A stretch of 59,811 bases of DNA, filler included, from Catajapyx aquilonaris (lineage: Eukaryota): the NCBI GenBank assembly GCA_000934665.2. It is 2 parts of 2 records of this genome, joined end to end, with 100 filler letters (N's around TTAATTAATTAA, not from the genome) between each part and the next. Parts side by side here need not be neighbours in the genome. Positions count along the whole stretch, not along the records: positions 1 to 29,764 come from JYFJ02004741.1; positions 29,865 to 59,811 come from JYFJ02004742.1. One strand, given 5' to 3'. Positions 25,401-38,708 of the stretch are shown here, piece after piece. Under the pieces are notes generated by a model that saw only the letters and a program-made list of their open reading frames with translations, was not told the DNA's origin and made no database searches. The translations under genes were made by a program, and so were the position numbers. Positions within the stretch are counted from its first letter, which is position 1; each line of letters begins with the position of its first letter.

Positions 25401-27885
25401 GGGACGAGCGCCTCGCGACCGAACGCTGGTGTTGTGGCATTCGGAACATTACCTTTAGGCTGGATTTTCACCCTGCTAACGTGGAATTTAGCAGCGGAGG
25501 TGATGTTTTCTCAACACTATAGGCCAAGCAGAATTTAAATTATAAAAATTATCAAAATCCAGGAGGGTAAGAAAAGTTACTTTGCTTGTTAGATTTACAT
25601 GAAATTGATAAGCAGGTAAAATTTCAAGAGTTGAAGACAAGAAGGTGAAGTATAACTGGGTGTTCCCACACAGTGAAATATATTGATTTAGCAGAAACTA
25701 GCAGTATGCCTCGGCTTTGCTCAGGCCCATATCTGCCATGACGGTGCTTTTAGATTTTTTAAATCATTATGCCCTGTCCTCCTCTGTCACTTTCCCAGGG
25801 CCCATCGCCCCCACCCTTAATTCCAAGGGCCAACTGCCCCTTAGTCACGTATTCTCTGAATCCACCTCTGCCTAGGGGGTTTGGGTCATGAGTAGGGTCT
25901 TTAGGCGTAGGGGAGATGATTGATAGGCTGATGGCTGCTGATTATTATCCAGGGAGAAGTCTGCTGGAAGTAATGATATGGATCATAGATGGGGTGAGAT
26001 AAATCGTCTCACCATCTGTTGGCAGTTCTCATGATATATCACAGGGGACATTGGAAGTTTAGGAGTCTTACTCTCTCAAAACCTTTAAAATGTAGGTCCT
26101 TATGGAAAAAAAAATGTGGTTTTGGGACTTTTCCTTGTGGATTTCAGCAAATCAGCATGTCAATTTTCAGATCTCTAGGTAGTCTGAAAGTGATCTTACA
26201 TACATGGAAACAATACATCCGTATCGATTGAAATGTTGTGGGCTGGTGTGTCAAGTAAGGACTCATGTACAGTCCAGCTCATAAAGAATGGTACGACTCT
26301 ATGGTCGAAATGTTTATCCTCATTGTCCAGCAGTGTTCCCAACCTGATTAGTCGCGACCCTATGGACAACCTTTTCTGGACCTCTGGTGACTCGTATGGT
26401 CCATCCCGATTTTTAATTTAATTTTTAATTTCCAAAATGTTCAACCAGGTACAATGCATATGTAGATTTGATGTGAATTTTCTCCCTAAAACGTTCCTAC
26501 TTTGCCTTGTTTTTTTCTTCTCTTTTTGTCTTTATTTCCTTTCCCTTTTCCCAGACTTCCCCACAACCATTAAAAACATGCTGGTGACCCAGGGGTTGGG
26601 AACAGGATAAACATTTCGTCCATATAGAGTCTTACCATTCTTTATGAGCAGTACTGTACCTGCCAAAGTTTATTCAGTCTGAACTGAATGTGCTACTCCT
26701 GCTATATGCTACTCCCCAACTCTCCCTTTCCTCCCTCCCTCAGGATGCCAGCAGGACTCCTGGGCGTACATGACATTTTCTGCTGATACAGGTGTGAACT
26801 CAGTTACATAATTATATGAAACATGGGGGGGGGGTGCATTATAAAATAATTCCTTCCTGGATCTCTTTTGCCAACGCAGTGATAATTTTTAATGGAAGTT
26901 GTTCCTATTTATCAGATTGAAAAGTGAAATAGTATTTTTCCATTGATTGTGGTATTTCAGAGGATTAATGTAAATAGTGTGATAGTGCCTTCTTAGTTGT
27001 AATGTAACATGGCGTTAAGCATTTCAAACACATTTTAGGTTTTATGACAGTAGGAAAACGGAAACAGATGTGGATGAATCATGAAAACTTCTTTATTACA
27101 AAACTGCAGGTGTACAAGCAACTTGGCTGAATTTTTCCAAAATATTAGTACAGGGACATATTAGTATTTAAATTAAACATGATGAGTATTAAATTTTAAT
27201 TATGGTATTCTACAGTACAGTGCCCTGTATCAATTTTATGGCTCCTAATTGCACCTGTACTAATTTCCATGATGAAAATTGGCATCTTCAGTGTTGCTCA
27301 GGGAATGAAAAACAGGATGGTAGTCAATTTTGTGACTCCAGTAATATGGTTAGTGCTTCACATTTTAAGTATGCAGTCAAGGTAACATTCTTGCCCTATG
27401 TCGGGGTTCATATTTCTTCTCACAAAATTTGGTGACAATTACACAATTGTGCATGAAAGAAATGGAGACTGGGATAACATGATAAACTGAAATACCTACC
27501 TCAACTCTTTTTACTCCCTTTAACACATCAAAAATGGACCAAATTTTATTCTGAACTATTGCAACTTACTCCAACTTAATATCCTGCCAAAATTTATGCA
27601 AACTTACTAGCACGAAATTGATATGGCCAGGTAACCCAGCTACTTTCAGGCTGACATCACCACTGATGTGGTTTATTTCACCTTAAAATATGTGATATCA
27701 AGTTTCCCCAAATAAACATTACAACATGCATGCAGGGAAAGAAGACCTCAGGCACCGCTGATATCCTTCTTTTCTTTTTTTTTTAAATTGCTGCTATGTT
27801 TCATGATATTTAAAATGTGATTCCTTTCTCTTCCAGGTATGAATGCAAGGAAGAGATGAGGGTCTGTCACAACTGCTATCGTTAA
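22439..27885 (+). CDS. SIVA1: Apoptosis regulatory protein Siva, 3 exons, 158 aa
   Basis: Exons 22439-22556 (MPKRQYPFEQTLVMQRKIHVGPKEV..MKAVY), 24054-24363 (EKTVRLLFEGA..CYFC..CVHCKEYFCEGCSIAM) and 27837-27885 (YECKEEMRVCHNCYR*); 477 nt in frame. Siva-type N-terminus and C-terminal zinc finger. Confidence 0.9.
22673..22878 (-). mobile_element. tRNA-derived SINE (family A, second copy) in Siva intron 1
   Basis: Reverse complement ACCGAAGCAGTTTGGTGGAGTGGACAAGGCGTCCGACTGCTGATCGGGAGGTCGTGGGTTCGAGCCCC..GGTTTTCTGTGGTTTCCC matches the 13411 copy over ~120 bp, then diverges. Confidence 0.85.
23605..23897. mobile_element. Near-perfect palindromic Tc1/mariner-type MITE, 293 bp
   Basis: TA|CAGGGTGATCAAACTTTTTTGTCG ... 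CGACAAAAAAGTTTGATCACCCTG|TA; self-complementary to the centre (~23751). Confidence 0.92.
24533..25589. mobile_element. Fold-back element, ~1057 bp, ACAAG...CTTGT termini, in Siva intron 2
   Basis: ~460-bp highly similar inverted arms (ACAAGCAAAGTAACTTTTCTTACCCTCCTGGATTTTGATAA and its inverse), plus an inner ~22-bp IR GAATTTGAATATTTTTGCCGTA. Confidence 0.9.
25698..26230 (-). mobile_element. Helitron-like non-autonomous remnant
   Basis: Minus-strand 3' end GCCTGAGCAAAGCCGAGGC (hairpin)-ATACTG-CTAG|T; the 5' boundary is approximate. Confidence 0.5.
26270..26656. mobile_element. TA-flanked MITE containing a hAT-like MITE
   Basis: TA|CAGTCCAGCTCATAAAGAATGGTACGACTCTATG ... ATAGAGTCTTACCATTCTTTATGAGCAGTACTG|TA; inner CAGTGTTCCCAACC...GGTTGGGAAC (~26331-26603). 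Confidence 0.7.
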
Positions 27886-29294
27886 GAAGAGGTTTGAAGA
27901 CATTGTTTGCAAGTTGATATGTTTTCAAAAAGCCATGAACTGTTATTTGCATTTGTATTCACAGGGTGTCTAGAAAACTTGGAAATATCAGGGTATTTTT
28001 TTTGTTCTGGAAATATCAGGGAATTACCATATTAGGGAATGACTTTGCCTGTCTGGAATCCTGCCCAATGACAACAGGAGTGTCAGTGCCAGCCACCTTC
28101 TCCTCATAACCGCCTTGCCATCAGATGCCTGTAACTTAACGAAGTGGGAGGAAGCGAGGGAGAAATGGCTGTGCAAGGGGAAGGGTGGAGACTGAGAAGC
28201 GGTAGCGAAACAGAGCGTACTGTTCTGGTTCCCGACAGTCAATCACTACGGCCTGCCCTCCTGGGGTTCCAAGGCTGTTTCTGTAGGTTTAGGCTCTATG
28301 AGTCCTGCTACACCTCTTTCTACCAACACGATTATGCAAATTTGTCACAGAGTTGCTTGCTTGTACAGGAAGTACCCGTTTTACTCCTCTTCATTTTATG
28401 CTGCTTCACATTAATGCTGGTTTGATAATTACATTTGAAATTTTTTAAATCTGAACATTTTGACAAATTTGAAAATAACAAAGCAATCTAAACATAAGCA
28501 CATCATTGCAACACTTCTGAGTCCAAACACATTACAGTAGTGGTGCTTATTTTGTTTTTCGTGGTGCATTGTGGCAGGCTGTATAGCTATGTATTGTTGG
28601 TCTCTGCACTCCCAGAAGCACTGTACTTGTTGTTAAACTAACCTATGTGTACTGCAGTTCTTGAGGAACCCTCACAACTTAATGACCCTCAACTTGGAAC
28701 CTTCCATTAAAACGTGTGCATTAAAATGTTCAAATGCTCGACTTTAAAAACAGTGATAGTAATACTATCTGTCAGAAATTTCACTTACATTTTAATTTTG
28801 TCTCGTTTTACTTTATGCCGCTAAGTTGTTGCATCCAATTACTGGTGTAAAACGGGTACTTCCTGTAATTTTCAGGGTTTTCCCAACAAGCATCAATACA
28901 CACCACATCATGAAAGCTATACAAATCAGGGAAACGCAGTCAACTGAGCACTGGAAAACCAGTGAATATCAGGGATTTTTTTTTTTCTTCCTTAGGTTCA
29001 CTAGACACCTTGGTAGTGCAACCCCCCCATGACTTGTGTATGCCATATACATTACATGTACCTGTTTTTTATTAGCTTGCTTGGAGTACAATTTATTTCT
29101 ACATTTCCCTCCTCTCAGAACAGAATGCATAGCGACCTTCCACATTCACTTGGCTAGGAGTGAAGTGATCTGAGTCATATTCACTTGTGCCTAAAGGCAC
29201 TGTAGCTGGGACTCCAAGCCAAGTCACAATGGCTTTCACACCATACTTTCAGTGGGACTACATCCAATGACTCACGATGCTGGAGGGCACTTAA

Positions 29295-29714
29295 CCCAGA
29301 CATGCCGAGCGTCCCCTATAGGGGACACCTGTACAGTTGTTACGTTATAATTTTTTTGCGCAGGTTCTTCTGCTGCTAAGAGCTGGCAGTAGTCACGGGT
29401 GCTTCAGTAGAGTCCCAGCTAATGATACAAGTTCAAACCTGCTCAATATTGCTTCAGATTTTTAAGATACAGATGTTTGAATTTTAACGTAAGAAATAAT
29501 GGCTGCACCTTTGTGTTCCAAATATGATTAGTAATAAATTTTCGAATATTGATTAGTGTTATAAGTAATTTATTGTTTGTAATACTTAGAAAACTTATGA
29601 ATGATGATATCGATGGGGAAATATAGGCATAGTTTTTTACTTTCCTTGTCTGAGAGTATTGTTGAAATATGGTGTCCCCTCTGGGGAACACAAGAGCAGT
29701 GCCATGTCTAGATA
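29295..29714. mobile_element. Second, shorter, inverted copy of the TTAA element at 11518-15688
   Basis: TTAA|CCCAGACATGCCGAGCGTCCCCTATAGGGGACACCTG; uninterrupted across the site where the other copy carries its insertion. Confidence 0.85.
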
Positions 29715-29764
29715 GAAAATCGTGGGAGTAGAAGCCAACAAATTTCGCCCCAGGGAAAATCCCC

Positions 29765-29864
29765 NNNNNNNNNNNNNNNNNNNNNNNNNNNNNNNNNNNN
29801 NNNNNNNNTTAATTAATTAANNNNNNNNNNNNNNNNNNNNNNNNNNNNNNNNNNNNNNNNNNNN
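29765..29864. other. Assembly gap / artificial 100-bp spacer
   Basis: 44 N + TTAATTAATTAA + 44 N; the 12-mer gives stop codons in all six frames. Confidence 0.95.
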
Positions 29865-29958
29865 TAGCCATAATTATTGCAAAGGTTACTACTAAATCAA
29901 TGAGTCACTCCTATGGAAAAGTCTTTCATAACCCGAGCAACGCCGGGTATCCTGCTAG
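29865..29958 (+). mobile_element. Helitron-like 3' terminus adjoining the gap
   Basis: Hairpin CCCGAGCAACGCCGGG followed by TATCCTG-CTAG|T. Confidence 0.6.
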
Positions 29959-32746
29959 TATTAAATATATTGAAGAGTGGAAATGCCAAAGGCTATAAGT
30001 GCCAGGAAATTAGAAATTGAGATTCTGCGTGCCATTCCTAAGGCTCGAAGTGCCAAAAAAATCATGTGTGGTACTGAAGATATCCCACAGATGATTCATG
30101 CTATATGTGAGCATGGTCTTCTCATTTTGAAATAAACTCAATTATCTCTCTTCAATATTTTTGGAACTTAGAGAGCATTTCCACTCTTCAATATTACTGA
30201 ATTTGGAAATTTAACCAAAAATAAGGGCACGCATGAAATATGAATTGCAAAACTGTTATACTTTTTACAATGCATCGGACCCCCCAAAAAACAGTGTGAG
30301 CATACAAATAGCCAGCTAATTTTGTAATCTAGGTAGCATTTTTTTTGCATATGAATAATATTCTTGTCATGTACTGAGAGATGGTAGCCAGTTAGAAAAC
30401 CCGAGGCCGTGGGCATAATTTTTTTTAGAGGCCCGGTCGAGTTTTTGGCCTCAAAAATCCACATATCTTCGGCAAGTCACGACAACTCTTGAAGAATTCC
30501 TGTCGTGATTCTGCTTGACATGCGAAGGTTTCTTCTCGGTTTCTAAAATGATGAGAAAAAAACCCAGATACATTTTTGTTGGATGTAATGGTCCATATAG
30601 GCCTATACTAAACACACTTTTAAGTTTTAAGAATAGCTTCAAATTGTCTATACTAAAATGATGGTTTTGGCGTATCCTGTGCACAGCCTTGGATGAGACG
30701 GAAATGAGTCGTATATCCCCCACCACGATTGCAGCACCCAATAGCCTTTAGCCACACTTGATTGGCCCATTGTTCGATTGATCTCGAAGAAATTGGTCAC
30801 AAGGTAGTACGATGACGCATTAGAGAGCAATTTCAAAAGGAAACGATTCTGCGAATTGCTGGTGGTAGAAAGGTGCTCTTTACATAACTGCTCCAGAAGT
30901 AGGGTACTTGACTTTTTTTTGAGTCGTAATCTCTGTTATTGGCTAGGTTTTAATAGTAGTGTAGCAGCGCAATTAAATTGTTAGGAGGAAAAAATTAAAC
31001 TGGACAATTCCTTTCACTGGGGTAACTTGTACTGTTGAGCTCATTACGAGTAGAATTTATCCGGGATAGAAATAAATTGTTTACCCCCAGAAACCAGTAA
31101 AGAAGCAACAATCACTCATCATAAGGGTATGGATAATAAAATAAATATTAAAAATCACAAGTGAAGTCAATAGTCAGTGATTTGAATGCGCGAATAGGTC
31201 AGATTGACTCCCCAATATTGTTGCTTTCAAAAAAAAAAAGGTATTAGAGCAATAATTCACCTTCTTGTACTTGAGACTTGGCACAGTGGCGCCAGTACAT
31301 AGTCTTAAAAATAGTAATGTCCGCCCATTGTTGCTGCAAAAAATCTAAGCAATGTGGAGTGGAATCCCGAGAGTTTGTCGACTTCGTGTCCTTCTAGCCC
31401 TTTGGCGTCAAGACTGTGAATAAGCGTTCAAGGGCTGATAGCGCACCCCGAAAAACCAAGTGACCACGCCTGACTCTGACCCTGACGTCGTATTCAGTGT
31501 CCTTTTTGCAAACTCGACATTGCGAAATGCTGACAAGATAAATTGCTTCTGCAAAAATTACCCTGGAGGCAAAGGTAAAAAAAATTAGTGACTCTGCAAC
31601 TTGAAAATAATTATGTGGTTCAAAGCACTGCTGAAACTGAGATATGGAATATGTGACCTTATGTTTATGAGCTCATATTTTTCATTTTTTCTAATATATT
31701 TATGAAGACGTATAGCCTACTACGTATTAAGGAGGTATGACATTTTCCTACAGTACTGTACAGTGTACACTCTACAATAAAACAACTTCATGACTCCTTA
31801 GTAGTGACACCCTTATTCACCAGAGGGCTCTCACACACTCACACACTCTTATGGTACCTCGACCAGTTAGCACCATCTACTTTCTACCCTGGGAGGTTCA
31901 CGACATGCGATTAATATGCATAATTTTTAAAGGCAATCTGGCAACCGCGTAACTATAACCAGGTGACCGTGAGAAAGTTGACCCTTCCCCCCTCCTCCCT
32001 CACTCCCACTATTTGTAAATGCCCCACCCACCTGACCACATACTGAGATATTGAGAAATCAGGTCAATGTCTGGGGAGGGTGTAGTTATCAGGACCTTGG
32101 CCAATCCCATGTGTCGTCGCAAAAATAATTAATATGCAAGTTATTTCGGCACTCATAATGTGTGTTAAAATCAACATTAAAATATATATTCTGCGAAATT
32201 CTTTTGCAAAAAATAATAAGCAGATTCACATGAATTGTCACCATCGCATGGTAGAAATGCACATATTTATTTTCTCATTCTATTCAAGGTTACCATGCGA
32301 AATAATTGCACCCCCCCCCTCGCATGCCCACAATATCGGTGACAACTTCACAAAAATTTTGCATCGCAGTATGCAAATAAGCCACACGAATGGACGAGCA
32401 GTTTTTCTGAAGACCAATCGCAAGTAGGCGAAGGACACGTCTAGATTATTCGTATTGAGACGGCCTTGGACACCTTTCGTTAATAGAAAAAGACGGTATG
32501 TCGCGTAATGACAAGTTCTGGACAAGTAGTGCAAAAAACTAGTTCTAGTGACCCACAAGATGATGTCTGGAAATTATGCAATTTAATGGCTGGGTGTTTG
32601 CTAAAACAGCAGTGATTTTAATTTTTTTAAATGAGTGATGTTTGCAATGTTTGGGATATATGAAATAATCAGGGCAATTAATTATATTCATGACTTCATA
32701 AGCTTCAATTGATCATAATTGTAGTGGCATTATTATCCATTGTTAT

Positions 32747-32965
32747 CACTCTAAAAATTTACGAGTGTTTTACACTCGATTTGAGTGATATTCACTCTTT
32801 CGCCTATTTGATTCGACTCCCACTATTTTTGAGTGAAAATCACTCATTTTCACTCTTATTCTTGCGAATAATATTCCACTCTATTAGAGTTAAAGTAAAA
32901 TCCGGAGTGAAATTCACTCAAAAAGAGCATTTGAGTAAAAATTTTACTCGGGAATTTTTAGAGAG
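32747..32965. mobile_element. Small MITE with a CACT terminus and 2-bp TSD (EnSpm/CACTA-like)
   Basis: AT|CACTCTAAAAATT ... AATTTTTAGAGAG|AT; many internal CACTC/GAGTG motifs. Confidence 0.5.
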
Positions 32966-33629
32966 ATACTAACAGTAAAGTATATGCAGTACATATTATT
33001 AACGTCTTAAAATACCTAAGAGTCTCACGTGCAATTATTTTGCAATTTGTTTCCAAGCGAAAATCCTATAAAACGCAATTTTCTAATCCCATTTTGCGTA
33101 TTGTTGCACAAAAATATCCTCAAATTAGTGCAACACCTCCTACATTACAAACATGATGACCATTTAAAGAAAGTTAAGTAACACGAGGAAGCGGGGGCAT
33201 ATACTTGTTGCCTCATGTGTGCCTTCTGGGGATTCCCTTTCGCGTGCAACTTTTCGCAAGGTGAAAAACCACCGTGCAAAAAATGGCAAAAGCAATTGTT
33301 ATTAATGAGTCCACATGCTGGCAACGTAGCTCCAGAAGGTCTTAGGACTTTTTTTTTTCTTCTTGTACTTCCAACACACACACACTTCCCATCGAAAGGG
33401 CAACACATGGTCTGAGTGGCGAACACCGCTGGGGTTCGCGAGGACGGTGTTCGCGAGTGCGGTGTTCGCGAATGAACACGACCAGTACGTGTACGAACAT
33501 GTTTGAGTTCGGGTGTAGCCAGTGGGTGTGGAGCGGAGGCAGAAACGGTTGGGACACGTGACAAAAAAAGAAACAAAACCGAAAGTGAGAGTAGTTCTAG
33601 TGAACAAGTGGTCTTGCAATCGGAAAACC

Positions 33630-36541
33630 ATGCTCCGTCTGCTCATAGTCATTCTGGTAATACCCTTATGGGTAACAACACTTACTATTTGAACAGGTTT
33701 GTCACTTATTTGTTTACTTGCAGATTTTGTGGACTGCTTTGGGACTGGCGCTGGGTTTGGAGATTCATGGAGAGATTATCAGGGGATTACCATGTATCAA
33801 GAGGCTTAACCAACTCTTCTGTCCAACTGCCGGTAATACCTATCCGCTGTAAGTACTCGAAGGTGAATATTCTTACTTTAAAAAAAAAATAAGTTGCAAC
33901 AATTGAGCAATTGAATTACCAAGCAGCGCTCCCATTTCGAATAATTACTTATAAAAATTTGCATATTTTATTGCGGGAGCTACTTCGCAAGGTTGCTACC
34001 TTTTGTTTCGTTCAAGGTAATGAGAAGTTGAAAAGGAAATTACAGACGTTAGCCTTACTTTTGCTGTGCTAGAAGATGGGAGGGGATATACCTTCTGTAC
34101 TGTAATATATAGAGGGGACTGACGTCAGATCGCAGGTGTCTCTCACGATATTCATTAGGCGGCACATCAATAATTAAGGCTCAGAAAATTAGTGGTTGTA
34201 AGGGTCGGAAATAGTTGGAGGCCTGCTACTTATTGACAGGTAACTACAGCACCCAGGGATGGTCAGGTGATTCAGGCCGGTTGCCTGTCAAAGTAATTAG
34301 CATCCAACTGCGCTCTAATGTATTTTAATGCGGAATTTTTCACTAACGAATCATAGAACTTTCTCGATAAGTTATATGTTTCACTGTTTCCACTTGAAAT
34401 GGCATTTGAGTAATTCTTCCAACTAAATTAATATTTTAATATTTTAATTAAAATTAAAGATTGACTCAAATCGACGCTGAAAAATTTTACCAGTTATTTA
34501 CTGAGCACTCAAAATGAGCAATTTCTCTTTCCAGTGCATAAAAATTAATAATATTTATTAAAAGGACTTGACCAATTTATCTAAGAACTTAATTTCGAGG
34601 CTGGAAGAGGACTATTTACTCAAATTTGAGTTGTTGCTGACACTAAAATATTATCAAGTAATAAAGCCTGAACATTTCAATGGAACGTAGGGTCTGACGA
34701 CATTAGACTTTGAATATTATTTGTGAGTTATCAGTAATCATGATATCTGTATCAAAAGTTCTGCTTACATGATTTCTACATGGAGTTTCATAATAATATT
34801 GTAGTAGACGATCGTATGGGCCATGTGCCCTATTGAAAAACATGTATTTTCAGAAATTGAGTTTTTAAACCACGTTTACAAAGAAGCACAGCAATGGAAA
34901 GGTTATACTTTCTCGTGTAAACATGGTTTATATCACACTGAATAGCAGTTTTAAAGAGACACTTTTCCAACTCGCTTTTCTCACAATTTTTCTCTCTACA
35001 ATTTTAATATTTCTGCAAAAAAAAAATCTGAAATTCAGCCAATTTCATAATCGACACACACACACACACCCAATTTAAGTCAATGAACCAATCCTCCAAA
35101 AATAATTGTTTCCTTTCCCTTTTGCAGAGAAAGAATCGAGAGGTTCATAGACGACAACAAGGCCCTCATGAGACGGATGTACGGCGAGTTCCAGGCACCG
35201 TCGGACTACGTCGGTACGGCAAAGAGGTCTGTCAAGAAAAGGAGCATCCCAGACGAACTGATCGAGGATGAGCCGTTTTCCTCGTACTTCACCAGCGGAG
35301 ACCACCTGAATCGAGAGAAACGACAATCGTTTCGAAGCAACCAGTCTAACTCCGGCAGGTATAAATATTACCACGAAGCAATGAATTTGGGTCTCGCATA
35401 AGTATATCAAAGCTCGCAAACTGTTCAGATTCCCAAATTCACGTCTTCATGGTAAGGACTCGATTTCTCGAGTGACGATTCCTCATCCTGTACATAAACT
35501 ATAAAACTTGTTAAAAATGCTCGACCAGTAAGATGTGGTGTACAAGCATTAATATGCAGAGAGGATGCATCCAGGAACAAAAGGTGACACTCCTACTTTC
35601 GGAGAGGAAACACAAATCAAGTTCAGACATTAACTGTTGGTCTGTTCGAGAATCGTTAAACCTTTAGTGCGCCCTTTTTCTGCGAAATGAAATCAGATAT
35701 TCTTCTGCGCAGTTTTGCCATTTTTGGCTGCAGTTACTGGCAAAATCATATCTATAGACGTAAGCAAACATTTGGCTGAAATGACCGCATGTTGTGAGGG
35801 ACATAAATATTTAATGGTAAAATATAGGAAATTAGTCCTAAACAACTGAGTTATGCCAGCTTTTTTCCAGATCATGATCGCATGTTATGTGACACACATT
35901 TTTCATTATGAGACACTAGTACTGAAATAATGTTTAAAAATTATTTGTGACTTTAATTTAAATTTCTTGGCACTTCTGGGATATTCCGCTAATTTTGGTT
36001 TCTTTTTTTCAAACATTTTGTTGGCAATCTGTTGTGCTCACCGTCCGTACAGGGTGTGCCCAAATGACATCCTCTTTCAGAATGGACGCGTGCGAATCCT
36101 CAGTGGAAATCGTGACACCCTATTGGGCAGCCAACAGCGCCGGGAAAGTGAGAGCCATTGTTAACACCCAGCACTTCGAGCAGGCGGTGCATCAGGAAGT
36201 CTGCGCGTGAGTAATGCAGGTTGCACGCACACCCCCCTGTCTGGCTGTCTTCTCATTCTTTATAATAATAATAATAATATTTATAAAAAAAAACATAACT
36301 AGTATTTCCAGCCCCTTGCACTTTGTGTGAAACCTTATTGTTGCCGTTTCCGACTTTACCTTCATCAAGCAGGAAAGTGGCGACCAAAAGGTGCTCCGGC
36401 GATTGTGGCTGCGAGCAGAAGTACAAGTGGCATCGACTTCTAGCATATGACCCGGACAACGACTGCAAGGGAATCTTCATGGACTGGTTCCTGTTTCCGT
36501 CGTGTTGTGTCTGCAGGTGTCAACCTTTCGGAAACAAGTAG
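33630..36541 (+). CDS. spz4: Spatzle-4-like cystine-knot Toll ligand, 5 exons, 225 aa
   Basis: Exons 33630-33656, 33724-33848, 35128-35358, 36081-36206 and 36373-36541 (678 nt in frame). Signal peptide [100 protein letters not shown]. Confidence 0.92.
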
Positions 36542-38708
36542 TATAAGAAGCGCTAAGTGCGCCCCTATGTGACTTTTGCCAAAACTGTACATGTACAACA
36601 ATTGCAATTGTGCAACAGTTGCAACACACTCTGCAACCTTCAACTTCCAATTTTATTATTATATATTATTATATGCATGAAGGGCAGCGGAGCGTAGTTT
36701 TATATGTTTCACAGGACGTATAAAAAAAAACAGTAGCTTCTTTACAGAAAAGGGGAAGTAGTAAAACTTCCTGATGTGAAGCCAACCGAGACACTTGTGA
36801 GTTTAATTTTACTGGACGTCATCATCTTCTTTTTAAGGTCAGTCACGAAGGTGCATTTTTTTTCTATACATGTCATATAGTTGCAGCCAAAAGTTTCTTT
36901 GTCGTCCAATTGATGCAATATTTACAGTGCATTAGTTATTATTTTTCTTGGCCGTGAGAAGTGTAGCATTGGAGGTGAATAAAGATATTTGTGCGTGTCT
37001 TGATGATTTACAAAAATGTTTTGTAATTTACATCCCACACTGTGTATATTTATAAGTGGACTAGAAAAACCCTCGCTGATTCTAGGGAAACCACACCAGA
37101 GGCGCTGCCTTCATTCATTGCGCATGCGTATAACGCGGGCCAATAGAAAGCGTCGCGGTAACAACAGTCAGAATGCTTATGCAAACATTATTATAGATTG
37201 AAAATACAGAATGACCTAAAACATATTGGGATAATTTTTAGATGCGTAAAAACTACTGCTCTTTGAAATGCATTGTTGAGATCTTCGACCGCAACAATTA
37301 AAATTAAATTACTCAACATATTACGCCCCCTAATCAGGGCCACATAACACCTCTCGTGAAGTTTATCCCCAAAAATCTTCCCAAATAGCACGAAACCGGA
37401 GATCAGATAGTGATCTTGCCAACTTAAGCATGGATCCTTCTCCATAATCTCAGAAGCTCCAACTCCAACTAGGCGAAAGATTAGCCCATTTTTTTCGCCA
37501 ACTTCAGAAGCCCCATGCTGTGTGTGTATCTCACAAAAAACCAACCACTCCCCCCCATGCGACAAACTTTCGCGTCCATCTCTCTGAGAATCAAGGCATT
37601 CTTTCTGGCTCCTTCAAAGGAGGTCAGTAGCACCTGACCGTGGAGGTAAGCATCGCCTCTTTGCGACGCCTCCAGTGTTCTCAACCACCATGGTGATGGA
37701 AGGTGTCACCTGCAACTGTGCAGGGGTCCACATCACCTTCAATCCTACACTTTTATAAGACCTGTCTTCTGCCGATACAATGGTGAGTATTGGGTGCTTT
37801 TGTATGGGAGTTACGCATGGTCAAGTAGGCAAGAAGTGGACAGTGTGTGCCAATTTTTGCTTGGATGTGTCTAGTTCAAGGGCGAGTATTAGCTGCTTTC
37901 ATAAAATAGAGCGGGGAAAAAAAAATCATGTTTCACACTTTCTAGATAATATTTTAAAAAAGATAGGATATGAAGAGAATTAGCTTATTTGTTCTATACA
38001 GGGTGTCCCTCAAGTCTACTACAACAATGTAATAGGTAAACTCATATATGGGTCCAGCTAGGCTTGTGGGTATTTAATGCACTATATTTTAAATGAATGA
38101 AGCACAACTTCATCCAAAATATGAAGATATCTCTAAATTAATTCAGGTGGATATTACACCCAACAATTATTTGGTACAAGTGAAAGCAAGGCTTTGCATA
38201 CACAGTACAGTATAAATATGCAAGTTTTACACGATTTGAAGAAATTGAAAATTTAAATATCCTCTTCGATCACTCTTAAATATAGGAAAATATAGCTCTT
38301 CAATGGTAAGACCTGGGTAAGACAGTATCGTATGAGTTTGGTCCTAAATTTTGTCAAAATTTGTATACTTTTTTAAAAAAATTTAGAAATCTATCAGTCA
38401 AGACGCTGAAAATAGCCAATAGCCCTTTTGGAGATTATAATTTTCCACCAGTTCATTTTCTGGAAGTGTGAAGCTCTTTAAAGCCTGGTTTCTCCAATAT
38501 TTTAATTAAGTGTCCTATCAACAAAAACTTGTAAGTTAAAATGATAAGTTTTGAAAAAGCCGGCTGGTTATTCCATCACCTTACAATGCTTACATCAAGT
38601 GCAAAAGTGTGACATGTCACCTGCACAAAAGAACATTGTGATTAACCCTCGCTCTCAATTCAACGGAGTTTTGATTCCAGGCTACACTTTCCATACGTTC
38701 AATTTCAG

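Noticed and set aside
29809..29820. TTAATTAATTAA island within the N run
   Set aside because: Synthetic linker, not biological sequence.
33418..33475. 15-bp GTTCGCGA tandem repeat upstream of spz4 with overlapping ORFs
   Set aside because: Only about 3 units, typical of TE debris; the ORFs lack splice or homology support.
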